Source: Macrostomum lignano
Lineage: Eukaryota
Direction of reading: 5' to 3'
NCBI GenBank assembly: GCA_002269645.1
Contig: NIVC01001937.1
Location: forward strand, 1-64,000
DNA: 64,000 bases
Positions 32,101 through 44,200 of this stretch are shown in pieces; position 1 is the first letter of the stretch, and the number at the start of each line of letters is the position of its first letter. A program made the translations under genes and the position numbers. The notes below the pieces were generated by a model that ran no database searches, was not told where the DNA came from, and saw nothing but the letters and a program-made list of their open reading frames with translations.

Positions 32101-33543
32101 GGGGTGTGGATAGACCATGGCCTCCTTTTCGATAAGCACTCCAACTCGGTCAAAGAGAAGATGACACGCAGAACCGCCATCATCCGCGCGCTCGCCCATC
32201 GCGAATGGGGCTGGGACCGCGCCCTGCTCCTCCGGGTTTATCGAGCACTCGTCGAATCGGTGGTCTGGCACGCTGCTGCTGCCTGGACTCCATGGCTGTC
32301 CAGTACCCGCCTCGACGACCTGGACCGCGCTCAAAGAGAATCCCTCAGAGCCATCACGGGATTGCCACGCTCGACACCGGTGGAAGCCATCTATATGGAA
32401 ACCAACGTCAGCCCGATCAGCCTCGAAGCCCGCCGTAGGGCCCTGATGGCCTACGAGAAAGCCAACCGCCGCCCGGCCGACGATCCGTTCCGGCAGATCT
32501 GTGACAGGCAACTCAACACCCGGCTAGCGGCCAACAAAGGGCTACGAGAGCAAGCCAGAGCCATCTGCAACGCTATGATCCCTCTCCCGCGTCTGCCTAT
32601 ACCTACGACCCGCAACCCCCCATGGGACTCGCTGGTTGATTGCGGGGTGCAGATGTTCACCAAACTCCCCGAGCATGAAGGATCTGCGACCGAGGCAGTG
32701 CTCTCCGCGATTGAGCAGCGTTGCCCCCGACGCAGCCCTCTACTTCACTGACGGTTCAGTCTCAGGAGGCACCACCAACGGGGGGATCGGCCTGGATCCT
32801 CCTCCGCAAAGAAGACGGCACTATCATCCGCAGAGGGCACGCGGCAGCAGGCCGATGGTGCAATTCCTACGAGGCCGAGCTTAATGCCATCACTCTCGCG
32901 CTCCAGGACATCATTGATTCCGCTCCCGCCTGCGCCGCCATCCTCACGGACAGTCAAAGTGCCATTACCGCCATCCAAGCCGACCGGCCCACACTGAACG
33001 CGAGGCTCGAACTAGCGAAGGCCCTCCTCGTGACCGCGGCCCATAGGACCAAACTTACGCTGCTCTGGGTTCCCGGACATTCGGGGGTGCACGGCAAAGA
33101 ACTCGTCGACACAGAAGCTAAAGTCGCAGCGACTCTCTGTCAAGATCAGGTGCTCATCTCGCTCCCCGCCTCCAAGGAGCGGATCTACCATCACATTAGG
33201 TACCAGCCCGACCTGCCAGGACACCTGGAGGTATACCGCACCCCGGTGTCCCCAGGAACGGGCACTCGTCGGCAGCAGACGCTTATATCCCAAGTCAGAT
33301 CCGGCCATTGTCCAGAATCATCCTACTATCGTCACCGAACAGGCATCGCCGAAGGAGGGCCATGCCGGCTTTGCAATCAACCGACTGAGCAGTTCCATAT
33401 TCTCCATTGTCCTAAGCTCGAACTTACTCGACGCACCATCGGCGTCACTAGCATTGGTGACCTTGCACGAGGAGATGTAGTGGCGCAGCTCCTGGGGGCC
33501 ATCGACTGGCGGCCCCTCTGAGCTCATCTCCGCAAACAACAAC
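29048..33543 (+). mobile_element. Near full-length Ingi-type (I group) non-LTR retrotransposon: 2A-like peptide, PHD finger, APE, RT, RNase H, C-terminal knuckle; several frameshifts
   Basis: PHD CTHC...CCNTC...HNAC...WRCPPC; APE LQWNADG, VQESK, GDFNLHH; RT PVSLTS, IDCSRAFD, GVPQG, YADD; RNase H FTDGS, YEAEL, LTDSQS, WVPGHSG. Starts with CCC and is flanked by (AAC)n on both sides. Confidence 0.92.
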
Positions 33544-33555
33544 AACAACAACAAC

Positions 33556-34950
33556 AAAGTACGCAGCCCCCAATGCAAGGTCACAGTTAGAGCAGGGTGC
33601 GTCAGATGGCGCGCCGCAGAGCCTGAGAGCGGACGAAGTCCGCCCCGTTGGCAGTGTCACACAGCAGACAGTCCACGTATCGACGGGTTTGGGCCTGACC
33701 CCGTCTGAACAGGCCCTGCAAGATGAGCAGCAGGACGTTCTGAACAGGTTGGGGGCAGTAGCCCTCGGGCCGGATCACGTGGCCCGCCAGTTGAAGTCGC
33801 CACCGGCGCAGGATGATGGACGGGCGCTGCAGTTTGGCCGATCGTACATCGTCAGCTTGAAAGGCCGCACGGAGCAGCCCTGTGTGCGCCGAGTCCAGCT
33901 GCCGCTCTAGCGTAGCCGTCAGCGTCCACGTCTCAGCGTTGTAGAGCAGTCGGGCAGCGCTTCGGACTGGACGACGGCCCGAATCAAGCGAAGGGCCGCC
34001 CAGGCAAGTCCTCTGCACCGCCGGAGGTCTTGCTCCACGTGGGGCACCAGACCGCCGAGGTAGGTGAACCGTTGGCAGCGTGCGAGCCTGGTCATCTGCC
34101 CGTCTGCGCCGCGGCGCGTCAGGTCCGCTGGGATGTCGGCCGGCACAGTCAGCATCTCGGTCTTTAGCATGTTGACAACCAGACCGACTCTCGATGCAAC
34201 CTCGACCAGCCTGTCGATCTGGCGCTGGGCGTCATCAACGGACGAGGACAGGAGGGCGAGGTCGTCGGCGTAGCCAAGCACGCTCAGGCGCTTTTCGCCG
34301 TGGCGGCGACCGATGCGTCTGCGCAGCAGGAAGCCGTCATCAGCCGAGGGGAGTGCGGTCTGAAGCACCCAGTCCAGCAGCAGCACGAAGAGAAACGGCG
34401 CCAGCGTGTCGCCCTGCAGAACTCCTGATGAAGTATCAAACAGGTCAGACAGGCCGTCCGCCGTTACCACAGCAGCTCGAGTATCGCAATACAGCGCCAT
34501 GACAGCGTCGATTAGCTGCTGGGGTACCCGGTAGGCTCGAAGGACAAAGGGGAGCGCGGCTCTCAACACCGAGTCAAACGCCTTTCGAAAGTCAACGAAG
34601 ACAATGATCAGCGTAGACTGGCGGATGCGCGCCTCCTCGATGACACGGCGGAGTGCGAGGATCTGGGTCACTGTGCCGCGTTGCGGCCGGAATCCGTTCT
34701 GCTCGTACCGCAGGTACGGGTCCAGCGCCGACTGCAGACGATCGAGCAGCAGCCGGTTGAAGAGCTTCGCGGTGCAGGACATCAGCGAGATCCCGCTGTG
34801 GTCTTCTTTCCGCGTTGCCCCTGCCTTCTTCGGGATCAGCACGATGTGCGCGACGGTCCACTCGGTGGGCGCAGGAGCGCCGACGAGCACGCGGTTCATG
34901 ACACCTTCTCAGCGTCGCCCGTGAGCCGCCGGTTTCTGCGGAGTCGCTCG
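33556..34950 (-). mobile_element. 5'-truncated RTE-clade non-LTR retrotransposon (RT + C-terminus) with (GTT)n tail
   Basis: EQNGFRPQR, FVDFRKAFDSV, GVLQGDTLAPFLF, GYADDLALL, FTYLG, LLYNAETWTL. The 3' end runs into the (GTT)n tract. Confidence 0.9.
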
Positions 34951-34964
34951 ATTGAGAACCCTAT

Positions 34965-35364
34965 GGTTCTCAATCAAACAATGGGTGTCATAGACCGCAC
35001 CAAAGTTGGCTATTCTCCCCAACTCTGTGCTTCCATTCGACAACACAAAACTCTTTGAACATGTACGCCCAGAAGTTACTGATCAGTGCCACATCTGTAT
35101 TGTGCTTATCATTATCGGCATGAGCAGCATCGGCTCTTAAATTGGAAAAGTCATATAGAAGCCACTTCTTAGACTGTGGAAACTGACCAATGACGAGCAA
35201 CCGTTGTACTCGAATGTGAAATTCTGCGTTTGACCTGGACTAAAATTAGTTTCATCCTGGTTCTCATGACTAGGAACTCTAACTTGTGACGCTTTGATGG
35301 TGCTGTCATCACTCAAAATTGGTTTGTTAATCATGCAGAAAAATGGTGTCAGAGGATTGTTCAT
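34965..35364 (-). pseudogene. Polinton/Maverick major capsid protein, 5' part
   Basis: MNNP...KPILSDDST...P...N..PG, then ALISNFWAYMFKEF and NGSTELGRIANFG. This resembles the MCP N-terminus and is collinear with the 28400-29034 part across the inserted retroelements. Confidence 0.55.
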
Positions 35365-35799
35365 TTTTAAACAGTTATTTTTTATTATACTTAAAGAAAA
35401 CTATAAATCATATTTCTGAACTGGATAAGCTAGCACAGGCGGAGAAACGGGTCGACAACTTTAATCAACAAAGAAAAACAATTGTACAATGAGTTCATTT
35501 AAGAGGCCACCGAGTTTCACAAACCCGGATACACAGAAGCGAAGAGAATCATTGACACCGTGAAGGAAACTATTGATGATATTCAAGAGAGCCAGTTGGA
35601 AAAAGTTTTGTCTAAAATTCCAACTTCACAGCACGACAGCCATCCCAGCGACTAAAAGGGGTGGCGGTTAGGGTTGTTGATGTATCGAAAAATTTGTCTT
35701 TGGAGTTAGTGGATGGCGATAACAGTACTAAACAACCAGCGGACTATCTCCTAGTAGTCACGGGGGCAAATTATATCAGTCATTAAAGGTCAAGATTCT

Positions 35800-37315
35800 A
35801 CACGAATCCGATTTACTCAAACTTTACTCGACTACATGATTAGAAATCAGGAAAAATATCTGACGTTAAATAAACAGAGATCTGGAATATAAAAGTGAAA
35901 ATCAACATAAATTAACTTCTTTCGACGCGTTTCGGTCCAACAAGGGCCATCTTCAGGGTCTGATGTATTTTTATACTCACACACAACAACTTTTATCAGA
36001 GATAAAAAGAACAAACGTTTACTGTACAGTCCAAAGGGCGTATCAGGGCAGAGTTTTTTTAAAAGTGAGCAAAGATTATGAGTACACTGATCAGGTTAGT
36101 GCCTTCACTTAGAACACCTTTGAGCAAATGGCCCGCACCACTATGGGAAAGCTGAATATTAAGATTTGGTTTTTAGTTTTTAATGTACATGGATTCGAGT
36201 ATATTGAGCCGAAAGTCAGTCCTACACCGATCAATAATTTTGAACTGCTGAGTTTCCTCAATTTCGCAACAGCTGTTGCAACAGAGCAGGTGGTCTTGGA
36301 TAGCCGACCTTTTCAACCAATGCTCTCTGACTCTGGTGTACAAGTGCCTTTTAGTTTTACCTATATAGGAAATGTTCTGGTCAACAGAATAAGAGAACTT
36401 GTACACAACACCTGCCACCAGAGCAAGAGGAACGTGAGAACCTAAATTTGTGTGATTCAAAACTCCGGAATCAACGGTGTTTGACAATGTCAGTGAAGTT
36501 CAAGAAGCTCTCATCCGAAGACAACTCAAGCTCAATGCCCAGAAAGCAAGAAAACTGCAAATGCAAACTCGAGGCTTCAAGCTAAGACTCAAAGACAAGT
36601 TGAGCTTGCTGACCTACGCCGTGCTCTCTCAACTCGTCTCACGAGCTGTGAATGTCCAAGCCAAACAAGACCATACGAGACTGGAGGCAAAATTGGGTAG
36701 ACTATGGCTCGAAAGCAGACTAAGAGTCATCCCCGAACCCAGTCACCAATCTATCGAAGCACAAACTCTCTCCAGAAGAACACCAATGTCTACAACGAGG
36801 ATTCAGGCATCCGGTCTTACCATCCAAGCTCAACAAATTACATATAGCTGCTGAAATCGAGAGCACCGTGGGTAAGTACCTCTCGCTTGGTAATGCTGGA
36901 GACAATGGGCCGCACCAACTTGATGAAAGATTTAGAAACAGAATTATTGCTGATTTTGAACAATTTGTGACTTTTGCAAGCAATTTTATTGCTAGCAAGA
37001 AAAATAGGCTTACTCATAAGACCATGAAAGGCCTTAGGGAGAACAAAGAGATAAAAATCATTAGCTATGACAAAGGATATGGCGTTGCCATCATGGACAC
37101 CAATGATTACAACATGAAAATGAACGAGATTGTTCAATACCAATCCGAATTCCACTGTCTGGGAGCTATTACTGAAGTTTCCACTGCGCATCCTGTTCTG
37201 AAAGCGGAGAGATCCTTGCAGAGTTTCCTGCGCAACCATGTGAAACAAGACGAAATTTTCAAACGCATCATGCCAAATGGTAGCCAGCCTGGTCAACTCT
37301 ATGGCGTTTGCAACG
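35800..37315. mobile_element. Penelope-like element remnant in inverted arrangement: GIY-YIG 3' end on minus (36487-~36110), ORF 5' part/RT start on plus (36477-37310)
   Basis: VVYKF...SYIGKTKRHLYTRVREH (GIY-YIG); IKIISYDKGYGVAIMD and GSQPGQLYG (PLE RT N-terminal motifs). Confidence 0.85.
35924..35956 (-). ncRNA. Minimal hammerhead ribozyme core in the Penelope 3' region
   Basis: CTGAAGA-T-GGCCC ttgtt GGACC-GAAA-CGCG-TC; stem I pairing is poor. Confidence 0.7.
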
Positions 37316-38329
37316 CAGAATCCGGAACCCAGAATCTTTGAAATTTTTACACGACAACGGAGTTTTCTTGATCATGTATAAAAATATAAACACTAAACAA
37401 TTGGTTTAATTTGCCAGATTAAGAAGAAGCCAAAAAGCAACTGCAGCAAGCCTCCCAAGCCTTGTCAACCTTACTCAATCTCCTCAACCCAACCTCAACC
37501 TCAACCTACTCAAAAGCAATTGCAACACCTAGTGCTAGAAGCACTTGAAAAAGCAGAACCAAACACATCATTTCTCAAGGCACTTCATCTTCTGAAAAAT
37601 ATTTTGAGTCACCATCAGGAGAAGGCATGCCGGATGTTTACAAGCGGTTTTGTACAGACCGGGATGAAGGATGAGAACAAAGAAGAGTTGTTCACATCCT
37701 GTAAAAAATGCTAAGAGAAGTACATCGATAGAAAAATAAGAGAACTTTTGCTTTCGCGGTTTAACAAAAAATATTTCAAGTAAAAATGCTTGTTATTTTC
37801 GGAAAAAGACATCCAAAAATACTACGACGAAGAGGAACTTGATCTCATTTAACGGGGATCTCGACTTTTTCTTGCGGGCCACTATCCAAGAAGAGAACGC
37901 TCTGGGAAGGCCTCGCCGATCTAATCGCACAAGGGGCCCAGATTTTAAAAGTGATTGCTGAGAACAAGGAGAACATAAAGAATGTTGCTGAAGCAGCCGG
38001 TAGTGTAGCCACAGCGGCTAAAAAGATTAAGGATACGGTTACAAATCAGGATGCAGTAAGCACCCGGGAATCATTACCAGATGTTCAACCCATTGCTCCG
38101 CTCGTTCCAAAGTGACGCAAAAGGACGAAAAAGGACGCATAAATCCCCAAATGTAAAGCCAGCAAGGACAAAAAATCAAAAAGCAGTACATCTTAACCTT
38201 TCAATAAAGACATCTAAAAAAATCGTTAATAACAATGAATCATGGCTCATTATGGACTATTCAATCGACTTTCTCCCAACACTGGACACGAAATCAGATA
38301 GATTTTCTCGCTCACAATGAGTCAATCAC

Positions 38330-38730
38330 AGGGCACTTCTGATGCATTGTTGTTGGCTCTCCAGGATCAGGGAAAACCTGTCAGTCTTTAACATGCTCCT
38401 CAGATTAGGATTGCTCGATTGTGACACATCAACCACTCTGTACCATGGAGGAATATAAAATGTTGGTGTAAGGACTCCAGAACAAACTCAACAAGGAAGA
38501 TCTTATTCAGTGTTTTAAACATCAAAAAGACCTCAACAGTAACCCAAAAGTTGTAGCCACTGAATACGCAAAACACATCCCAGACAATGAAAAGTGACAA
38601 AGCATTAAAGTTTTCACTTACGGAAATCCAAAGATGGATCCTAAAACTAAAATCTTACCGCAACCTGATGAACTAGAAAAGGAGAGAAAGCACCCTGATT
38701 GTCTTCGATGACTGCGTGGACCGGTCCACA
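38330..38730 (+). pseudogene. Polinton/Maverick A32-like packaging ATPase remnant
   Basis: Walker A CIVVGSPGSGKT (38355-38378), an intervening EYKMLV*GLQNKLNKEDL segment, and Walker B TLIVFDDC (38692-38715). Confidence 0.8.
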
Positions 38731-39272
38731 GAAACAAATAGATTGTTATGATTAACAAGGAAAAAATAATTTTAATCTCGTATTTTAAGTTTCTCATTAC
38801 TTCATTAAAATGTCAGTAAATTTTGCAGTTGAGCCAATTACAGAGAACAGCGCTCTTACAATCTCACAAAATCCTTCCTCGACAAACGTTATATTAATAC
38901 GTACTGACGAAGAGATCCCAACTGACGAAAGCAAGGATTTTATAAACAATGGAAGACATCGTTGAGAAGAATCAGTCGGCTTGAGCGCTTGCTCAACCTG
39001 GTAGATGATGATACACGATGCCATAACTGCAGGCGAAACTATTAAACGCAAAGCAGATCTAAACACCAACAGCAAGATGATAACCACCAATTGTCTTTTA
39101 AAAACTTTCTTTAAAAAACGGACGCTCAAAATTCTCTTCACGATCCGAACACTGCTGCCGCAACTGCCGCCATAACCCAGTGCAGTGCACCAAGTGCTCC
39201 CGCGGCACCCCAATATGCGCAGCAGAAACTCTCCCCGTTCATTACTTGATTACTTGAAACAATGACTCCGGC

Positions 39273-40082
39273 CGTGGTAGGTTAGCACGGGTAGGTAAGC
39301 TACGTGGTAGGTTAGCACGGGTAGGTAAGCTACGTGGTAGGTTAGCACGGGTAGGTAAGCTACGTGGTAGGTTAGCACGGGTAGGTAAGCTACGTGGTAG
39401 GTTAGCACGGGTAGGTAAGCTACGTGGTAGGTTAGCACGGGTAGGTAAGCTACGTGGTAGGTTAGCACGGGTAGGTAAGCTACGTGGTAGGTTAGCACGG
39501 GTAGGTAAGCTACGTGGTAGGTTAGCACGGGTAGGTAAGCTACGTGGTAGGTTAGCACGGGTAGGTAAGCTACGTGGTAGGTTAGCACGGGTAGGTAAGC
39601 TACGTGGTAGGTTAGCACGGGTAGGTAAGCTACGTGGTAGGTTAGCACGGGTAGGTAAGCTACGTGGTAGGTTAGCACGGGTAGGTAAGCTACGTGGTAG
39701 GTTAGCACGGGTAGGTAAGCTACGTGGTAGGTTAGCACGGGTAGGTAAGCTACGTGGTAGGTTAGCACGGGTAGGTAAGCTACGTGGTAGGTTAGCACGG
39801 GTAGGTAAGCTACGTGGTAGGTTAGCACGGGTAGGTAAGCTACGTGGTAGGTTAGCACGGGTAGGTAAGCTACGTGGTAGGTTAGCACGGGTAGGTAAGC
39901 TACGTGGTAGGTTAGCACGGGTAGGTAAGCTACGTGGTAGGTTAGCACGGGTAGGTAAGCTACGTGGTAGGTTAGCACGGGTAGGTAAGCTACGTGGTAG
40001 GTTAGCACGGGTAGGTAAGCTACGTGGTAGGTTAGCACGGGTAGGTAAGCTACGTGGTAGGTTAGCACGGGTAGGTAAGCTA
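39273..40082. repeat. 27 perfect copies of a 30-nt unit (CGTGGTAGGTTAGCACGGGTAGGTAAGCTA)
   Basis: Consecutive 60-nt lines are identical throughout. Confidence 0.98.
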
Positions 40083-40314
40083 GATGCTAGGTTAAGTCAC
40101 TGGTTGGCAGCAGCTCTGAGTGTCTGAGTCTGAGCCTACCACGGCCGATCGGGTACACTGAGAGAGAAAAAATCTCTCTCCCCCTAAACCCATGATCTCT
40201 TTCATGCACAAGCTCCTCGTCTCCGCGTGCCTTTCTGCCCTGGAAAAAACATAATTATTATTAATACAGCAGGCCCTACTATCCTTGCTTGCTCTCCTGC
40301 TGCCCAATCTGAAC

Positions 40315-41772
40315 TAGGGATTGCAAAATCCCGGTCTTCTGTCAATCCCGGGATTGTCGGGATCGGGATATCCCGGCCATAGATAATCCCGGGATTATCA
40401 ATCCCGATAAATCCCGAGTATTTGTAATCCCGGGATGCCGGAGAATTATTCTCAATCCCGGGATTAATCCCGGGATCCCGGAGTAGAATATGATCACAAT
40501 AGAGATTCAACAATTACCAACTACGTACACCCACAAGAATCGTTACTACCTGTACTGATTTTGCTTACTTGATTTGCTTGATTTGCCAACTTTGCTAAAA
40601 CTATTTCAATATATCCTTATATCCGGGCATCCCAATCCCAATTCCAAGGGATTTGAGGGTCACGGCGTCAGTTTTCTTGTAAAATAACTAAGTCAGTTAA
40701 GAACTAAGACTTAATTTTTTCTGTTACAAAAATGCAGCTAATTTGGATCCAGCTTTTTTAAAGGATCGTCTCTTTACCTGCCGATTTACATGATTTACGT
40801 GATTACGTAACAGAGCCGACCATGATGAGGTGCGGAGCTGGTGCAGAAGTGGACTGCGAGTCCGCTCGCAGTTAAAAATCGCAGCAGTTTCTTGTAACGC
40901 AGTTAATGCGAAATCGCAGTTTCGCAGTTAAACCGCTCGCAATTTCCCTTCGAAACAGCAGCATACAGTACTACTGTACACTCTGTAGCTGGTGAGTACT
41001 TGCGGTCTGAGCTGTACTAGAGACCGCAACAAATTAAATAGCATAATGTGCAATCACTGAATCAGGCAAATTCACAAGTCGCCTCACTCTAGTCACTCGC
41101 AGTCGCAAGACTCGCAATGCAAACAAACGCAATTTGCAAATTTGCAATTCGCAACAATAACAAAAGACGCCTTACATCTCATACAAAACAGTTTGCAAAA
41201 ACTACAAAAAACGACAAAAATTACAAAGCAGAATGAGCAACGATGTACTCAGAGTAAGCAAACCCTCACCAGACAAAAAACCCACCCCAAGCACTGACCC
41301 CAGAGCCCACAGTCCATAAACGATCAGAGTCAGTCAGAGTCCAACAAATTCATTCCTAGAAAACAATTTTATTTTTTTCGGTTGATAAGAAAGTTCTCGC
41401 CGTTATTGGAGAAGTGGCTTGCTGCAATTCAGAAATGCCAAAAAATACATCAGAAACCACCTTTTATATATGCATGCCACAGAAAGTTCCAGAACATTCT
41501 GGACAAAAAGTTCCAGAAAGTTCCAGAACATTCTTGAAAAAACTTTCTGGAATTTTCTAGAAACGGCGAGAACTTTCTTATTAACCTAATACGATTCACA
41601 CATTTCATTATTTGGATGACTAAACGATAATCTAAAAAAATGCATTGTAAAGTGAAGTGGAACTGAAAAACACATGATGAAAATTTAAATTTGAATATGT
41701 CTGTTCCATCTTATCAATCCCGAAAAATCCCGGGATTATCAATCCCGGTAAATCCCGGGATTGCAAACTCCA
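40315..41772. mobile_element. Non-autonomous DNA transposon remnant with ATCCCGGGAT palindromic subterminal repeats
   Basis: Clusters of AATCCCGGGATT at 40315-40485 (beginning TAGGGATTGCAA) and 41715-41770; the right TIR is imperfect. Confidence 0.55.
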
Positions 41773-42430
41773 ATCTGAACCCTCGCCTTCCACCCCACCG
41801 CACGCTGTATTAAAGCAAAAGCACACGGGCGTACACCACTAGGGCCTCTTCAACCCCATGCCGTTGACTTCTACTGAGTGAAAATGCCTTCGTAAAAATT
41901 GAAAGGCCGCATTATTGCACAGCCTAGAGACAGTGATTTAAAGAACGCGGATCTTCAAAATGTATACAAAAATATAGCATAAAAACATCGCTTACTCCTA
42001 GAAACGATGACTTTTCTAAAAGCTGTTGAGGTAAGACTCAAAATTGATTTCAATTTCCAGATCGATGTGTCAATACCGATAGCCACATATTTCATATTTT
42101 TGCTTCAGCCTGAAGTGAAATGATTATCACCTACAAACAAATAACTAGCTTGAGTGCAGTGAGTATCCCACTGCTTACTGTAATTGAAAAGTTTCTAACG
42201 TTTCTAAAGTTTCTTTTTACAATGGCGTCAGGGGGTTAGTATACGAGCGTACCTAGCCTAATGCACATGTAGTTTTGTTGGGGGGGGCATTGCTTTCCTA
42301 AATATTGCAATGACATCAATAATGATATTAGAGCGATATTTAGAGCGAGAACATTATCTTCCATTTTATTTCACAATGGCTTCTCTGTCCAAGAGTCGCA
42401 AGAGCCGAACCCTTAGCCAACATGACTAAT

Positions 42431-43555
42431 CAAAAATTGGGGTCTACGACGTTTGCCTGCCGGACGTTTGCCTGCCGACGTTTGCCAGCCGACGTTTGCC
42501 AGCCGGGCATTTGCAAGCGGCAATTGGTTTTCCGCTTGTTTCCAGTTTCCTAAAATAGCCATTCTAAATTTAGCCAACAGTCACTTTCAACTTGAAGCCA
42601 TAGACAGTAGATGTGTAATTGCAGAAACAACCAAAGACATTTGGCTATTTTAGGAAACTGGATAAAGATATCCATTCCAAAGTTGGCAGAAAAAATCTTA
42701 CAGGTGTCAGGATTAACCTACTGCGAGCCTGTAAAGATTCACTGTATTGCCTTGGCACAGTTTCACTACAAAGTTTGTCCATTTTTTGGATCACCCGTTA
42801 TATACTTAACTCAAAAGCCAAACTCTGCTTAACGGAGTTTGGCCATGACAGCGTGCACTTGACAAGCTGCATTGGAATTAATTCGCTTATTTTTGGATCT
42901 CCTAATGAACTGGGAAATATATAAGCCAGAATTATTGTTTAGCAGATCTTTTATTTGCTCAAAACTTGGCTCGCTGGAGATTCCCGTTTCAAATTGCGTG
43001 TCTTCATTCGCAAATCAAAAATCAAACATCTCAAACTGAGAAAAGCGACAGTTAGTGTTTTCAAACTGTCAGAAGTTTAACTTTATAATGTTTTCACATT
43101 CAAAGAAACTGTTTTTAAACTAGGATGTTATATTGATGAACTGCATAATTTGTGTAGACTTTGTTTTCAAACTTTTATACATGCGAATAACCGTCAAAAA
43201 GTTGGACTAAAAACGGTTTTATTAAACCGCTACTGCAAATATTTCAGCATCAAATTTTTCACTTACTGACTTAATGTTGGCTGGCAAACGTCGGCAGGCA
43301 AACGTCCCGCTGGCAAACGTCGGCTGGCGAACGTCCCGCAGGCAAACGTCGGCTGGCAAACGTCGGCTGGAAAATTTCGGCTGGCAAACGTCCCGGAGGC
43401 AAACGTCCCGCAGGCAAACGTCCCGCAGGCAAACGTCGGCTGGCAAACGTCGGCTGGCAAACATCTCGCAGGCAAACGTCCCGCTGGAAAACGTTGGCTG
43501 GCAAACGTCCCGCAGGCAAACGTCCCGCAGGCAAACGTCGCTATCCCAAGTTTTG
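42431..43555. mobile_element. MITE-like element with inverted GACGTTTGCC / GGCAAACGTC subterminal arrays
   Basis: The left end CAAAAATTGGGGTCTACGACGTTTGCC mirrors the right end GGCAAACGTCGCTATCCCAAGTTTTG. Confidence 0.65.
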
Positions 43556-43959
43556 TCAGCCACGCCCTGGCTGTACTAAACTACATTAAGCCCTCTAAAC
43601 TCTGCCACCCCAAGTCGAGCAGTGTGTTGGCTTTGCAGTCTATTGATCTTGTATCAAAATCAGTAAGAAAAACAACCCGACTCATTTTCACTAATCGGCT
43701 GGGCTCTCTGCTCTTCCGCGCGCTCTGTCCCGCTTCGTCTTCTCCATCCTTTCTTGCCGCTTACCCCAGCCGCTCAACACACCAGTGAATTTCTTCACTC
43801 CGACTTCATTTTAAAGCCGAGTTGCTGCTCAAGGGGATCCCCAAGCACGTATAGTTTAGAATGAGTTAAATGAATTCTCAAAACTGCAGTCCGAGAACCA
43901 CATCATTTATACGAGCTACAAACAAAAAAGAAGATAGGCCTGTCAGGTGCAGATACACT

Positions 43960-44200
43960 CGTAATACGAGCTATTTATGCCACTGGAGATTTCAAAGAAT
44001 AGATTTTTTAATTTAAAAAAATTCTTCAAAGATGACAACAAATACTTCTACTCACAAACCAAAAAAGTAATGCGGTATTATGAACTTTGACACCGTTGAA
44101 AAACCGGGTCCTCATTGAGTTTGCTGGGTGATCGATCCGGATGGCAGGCATAAATACTACTATTCTGATAGCTATGAAACGGCTGACCAAACGATGATGA
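43960..44200 (+). pseudogene. Polinton/Maverick adenain-like cysteine protease remnant
   Basis: CGIMNFDTVEKPGPH*VCW...KYYYSDSY matches the CGI.N......G.HWVC...YY.DSY adenain pattern, with TGG mutated to TGA at 44116-44118. Confidence 0.75.
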
